From Haliotis rubra (Eukaryota), in the NCBI RefSeq assembly GCF_003918875.1, contig NW_025767172.1, forward strand, positions 124,001 to 188,000: 64,000 nt of DNA, given 5' to 3'. The notes beneath the pieces are model-generated. The model was not told where the DNA came from, did no database searches, and worked only from the letters and a program-made list of their open reading frames with translations. Each line of letters begins with the position of its first letter. Position 1 is the first letter of the stretch. The position numbers were made by a program, and so were the translations under genes. Positions 60,901 through 64,000 of this stretch are shown piece after piece.

Positions 60901-63900
60901 TCATTGTGGACCAAATGACATCCATTCAATACAAACCAGATAAACAGCAATCTCTTATGTAGCTGGCTGTCAACAGGTGATTGTAAGAGTGTAAGCAAGT
61001 GAGTTTATTTTTACGCCGCACTCAGCAATATTCCAGCAATATTGCGCAGGTCTGTTAATAATCGAGTCACTACCAGACAATCCAGTGATCAACACCATGA
61101 GCATCAATCTACGCAACTGGGAACTGATGACATGTGTCAACTAAGTCAGCAAGTCTGACCACCCGATCCCGTTAGTCGCCTCTTATGGCAAGCATGGGTT
61201 ACTGAAGATTAATTCTAACCAGGATTGAAAGAGTGTGAGTTAGTACCGTATCCTATCAGGAGTTGCCAAGCATTGCTCAGTCTCATACATGAGTTAACTT
61301 CACACTCATCTTGTCATCATTCTTGGAAAGAAGCAACGTTATAAACTGCATGCATGCTCCCACGTTTTGTTTTTGTTTACTACTTGAAAGAAGCGTGACA
61401 TGCATCAAATCACATCAAACATTTGGATTTATCGTCAGCATCTCAGATTTATCTGTAGGGCTGGCTATCGATATCGATCATGGAGATCAATAATCGTCAA
61501 CTAAAGATCAACTGATTATTGATAAACACTGGAGAAGTTAATTTGAGCAAAAACGCCAAAAAAGTCAGAAAGAAATGACTATATTTCACTTACTGACTGG
61601 TGACATGTTTATGCATGGATTACTAAGAAAAAAGCGGCCTGAACATATCTTAGAGGCAGCCAATGAACAAGGCCTAACTTTGTATATTGTGTGATTAAAT
61701 TAAAACTTAATTCTATCACAAAAGTTTATGTACTATATTATTGATGACATAATGTTCATATCGGTAATCATTCACAATTTTTCCTATCGACTGTATATCT
61801 GATTATCATCATAGCCAGCCCTATTTTTCCGCCTACCATTTTGGAACAATTTCACCAGCACCAATAACATATTTGGTAGTGAGTTCTAGACACTGCCTCT
61901 AGCTATATTCCACCATTATCAGGACTGGGGCAGGGTAACACCAAACACTCTCTGACAACAAGTTCTGGTCAATGAACAAGGCCAACTCATCAACAGTATG
62001 TAGCTATTTCTATTCCACCCGTGAAGATCCGGTTTAGAATTGGTCTTCAGTAACCCTTGCTTGTTGTAAAAGGCGACTAACAGGATCAGGTGGTCATGCT
62101 CGAGGACTGCGGTTGATCACTGAATTGTCTGGTCCAGACTCCAATCAATCAATCCAACGATACACTGTCTAATTTTGTCGGACATCATAATGACTCTATA
62201 TATCATCTGACTTCTGGCCTTCTTTTAAGTGCCTTGAGCATACTTAATTGTGTGGATTGTTGCACTATACATGTTGCCTTATTAGGTCTTTAGATGAAAG
62301 TCTGGAAGATCTACTGTTATTATCCGAATATTATTATTATTCTTATTATTATTTGTACAAATTTTGTGACAGCTCTTCTGAACGAACTACTGGGTCGATT
62401 TTCACGAAACTTTCAGGGGTGATAGCCTGTGTGCTGAAATTGATACATAGTCAAAGAAATCCCGACTTCCGGCTTCCGGTAAGGGCAGACAACACAAAAT
62501 GTCAAAATCTTTACACATCAATATCTCAAAAACTATGATATAAATTGACCTAATTTTTACTCATTGTAGACAATATCATTCCCCATCGATTGAACGCATA
62601 GCGGAAGTTGGCCGGCAGGATAGATTTTCCGCCATTTTGAAAGAAACCTGATTTTTTTTTTGATTTTCGCGTTTTGACGGTGCCTGTGTTTAAAAATCTT
62701 CTCCTGAATGGCAAATAGTACAATCGTGTTTGATATATCATTGTAAAGTCCACATTCAGAAATACATAGAAAGCCCAAGGCATGTTGATATCTTGAATGG
62801 TTTTGGAGTTATCGCCCTTGAAAGTTGGTGAATTTTTCAAAGACGCATTTTCATACGGTTCACAAAAATGTCACAACTCTGCGAAAACTCAGTGGACTTC
62901 ATTTTCCAAAGTACCAATCTGTAGATAATTGAATGGGCAACATCTTTGCTTCAAGATGTTATTATGTAATAATGAATAATTACGACACAAACACAAACAT
63001 TGCGATTTTCCGCATTTCCGCACGTTTTGACGGTACCTGTGTTTCATAATCTTCTCCTCATGAACGGCAAATAGTACAAATGCATTGTACAATTTTACGA
63101 CGATGTCGTATTGGCCACAGTCGGGTTGACTGTGGCCAATACGACATTGTGGTAAAATTACCTCACCACGTCTTGACTGAGAACCCAAGCATGTATAACC
63201 AATTGATGGCTTTCCAATGCCCAAAGAGCAATGTGCTTTTGGCAAAAACTGGGATTCCAGCAGTTTGTTTACTGGTCTGACCGTGCCAGGATCGCGCAAA
63301 CCCTTTCTGCTACATCATCATGATTGCAGCGATCCAGCTAAATAAACGCACAATATCTTATACATTTAAAACAGAATCAACCTTCACACACAAAACTGCA
63401 GCCATGGCAGTCGTACATGTACTTTCAAATCATCTTAACTGCACCACAGAAATTTTTGAATGGGTGTTTCACAAATGCAATATATGCACATAACATATGC
63501 ACAGATAGCTAGGATCATGGCGATTCCAGAACACTAATCGTTTTGACCGAAGACCCAAGGACAGCGGAGCTACGGCCTCTAAAAGAGAGAACTATTTTTT
63601 CTGTGGGAACTATTTGGTACATGACCCCGCTGCTCTCGTGTCAAAAACGTGTTCTGCCTGCGTTTTGGATGGTTTCTTGCCCTTAAATACACTTCAAACA
63701 CCCATAACTCCAAGAGTTAAAATGGACGCTCCAGCTGGCATCCAAAGAAACAGTACAAGTAAAGGCAGCCACGGGGAGTGTATGGGGAAGTCTGAAGACC
63801 GTCAGTATTGCCCAGGAGGCAATCCTAGTTATTATTATTATTATGTTATTATTATTATTATTATTATTAACTCACCAGTTATTCCTCGGGGAGAGACCTC

Positions 63901-64000
63901 AGTCAGCTTCTGTCCACACTCCTTGAGGAAGCCAATAGCCACTTCCACGGAGTCATCTGTAGGGTTCTCCATCAGCAGGGTGAGGATCTCCAGGGCGATC
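48945..64000 (-). CDS. CWC22: Pre-mRNA-splicing factor CWC22 homolog (end of MIF4G, MA3, C-terminal low-complexity tail); 5' part outside window
   Basis: Exons 64000-63876 ([27 protein letters not shown]), 60864-60761, 60300-60198, 59054-58992, 58512-58429, 57124-56976 ([22 protein letters not shown]), 55415-55338, 54508-54356 ([17 protein letters not shown]), 53402-53275, 51790-51689 ([16 protein letters not shown]), 51417-51263, 49575-48945 (frameshift near 49320); phases are consistent. Confidence 0.96.
49770..51262. repeat. Minisatellite, ~49-bp unit, in the last CWC22 intron
   Basis: tgtgatgatcaccagcctatcctgctgcattacccccaccatctacacc. Confidence 0.95.
51890..52870. repeat. Minisatellite, 23-bp unit with higher-order variants
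   Basis: aaaccaccatgaatccatggatc. Confidence 0.95.
55905..56260 (-). mobile_element. SINE family C copy
   Basis: Reverse complement of 5945-6295. Confidence 0.85.
57234..57645. repeat. Tandem repeat, ~150-170 bp unit, about 2.6 copies
   Basis: ataattgtgtgttaccaaactctt recurs at ~57234, 57405, 57557. Confidence 0.85.
58022..58374 (+). mobile_element. tRNA(Leu)-like-headed element enclosed by ~80-bp inverted repeats
   Basis: ggtggctgagcggtctaggcg...ggttcgaatccc at 58208-58271; 58022-58102 is the reverse complement of 58270-58374. Confidence 0.7.
59700..60065. repeat. Degenerate ~36-bp tandem repeat
   Basis: gaggctatctaatccccaatcagttctaatcatact variants. Confidence 0.75.
62279..63830 (+). 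mobile_element. Helentron/DINE-1-like non-autonomous element
   Basis: ttattaggtctt start, internal (tta)n, ttttcacgaaacttt core, 3' aagacc and hairpin attgcc-caggag-gcaat, then (tta)n. Confidence 0.6.

Overview
Intron-rich, AT-rich animal genomic DNA. The SINE complement and gene set suggest a mollusc, probably a gastropod such as abalone (inference). Three multi-exon genes lie on the minus strand. (1) ~275-26629: a secreted SVEP1/polydom-like mosaic protein (signal peptide, HYR-like, sushi x4, HYR, SEA-like with a basic insert, ephrin-receptor-like Cys repeats x2, pentraxin/LamG, EGF x2, TSP1). I traced it exon by exon with GT-AG sites and matching phases, except one uncertain junction. (2) ~31196-39929: a small Spaetzle/neurotrophin-like cystine-knot precursor with a furin-type RDRR site and an atypical cysteine set. 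(3) 48945 to beyond 64000: the 3' part of CWC22, with an apparent 1-nt frameshift in the last exon. Introns hold three SINE-like families, MITEs, remnants of MULE, Tc1, Crypton-like, LINE and Helentron-like elements, and several minisatellites. The most notable signals are a very abundant SINE-like element with a sharp 5' end, no intact tRNA head and a predicted pseudoknot (ribozyme-like candidate), and three short copies of intron or exon-intron pieces of the local genes placed at SINEs, consistent with retro-capture of local unspliced pre-mRNA. All coordinates were read by eye; repeat boundaries are approximate.
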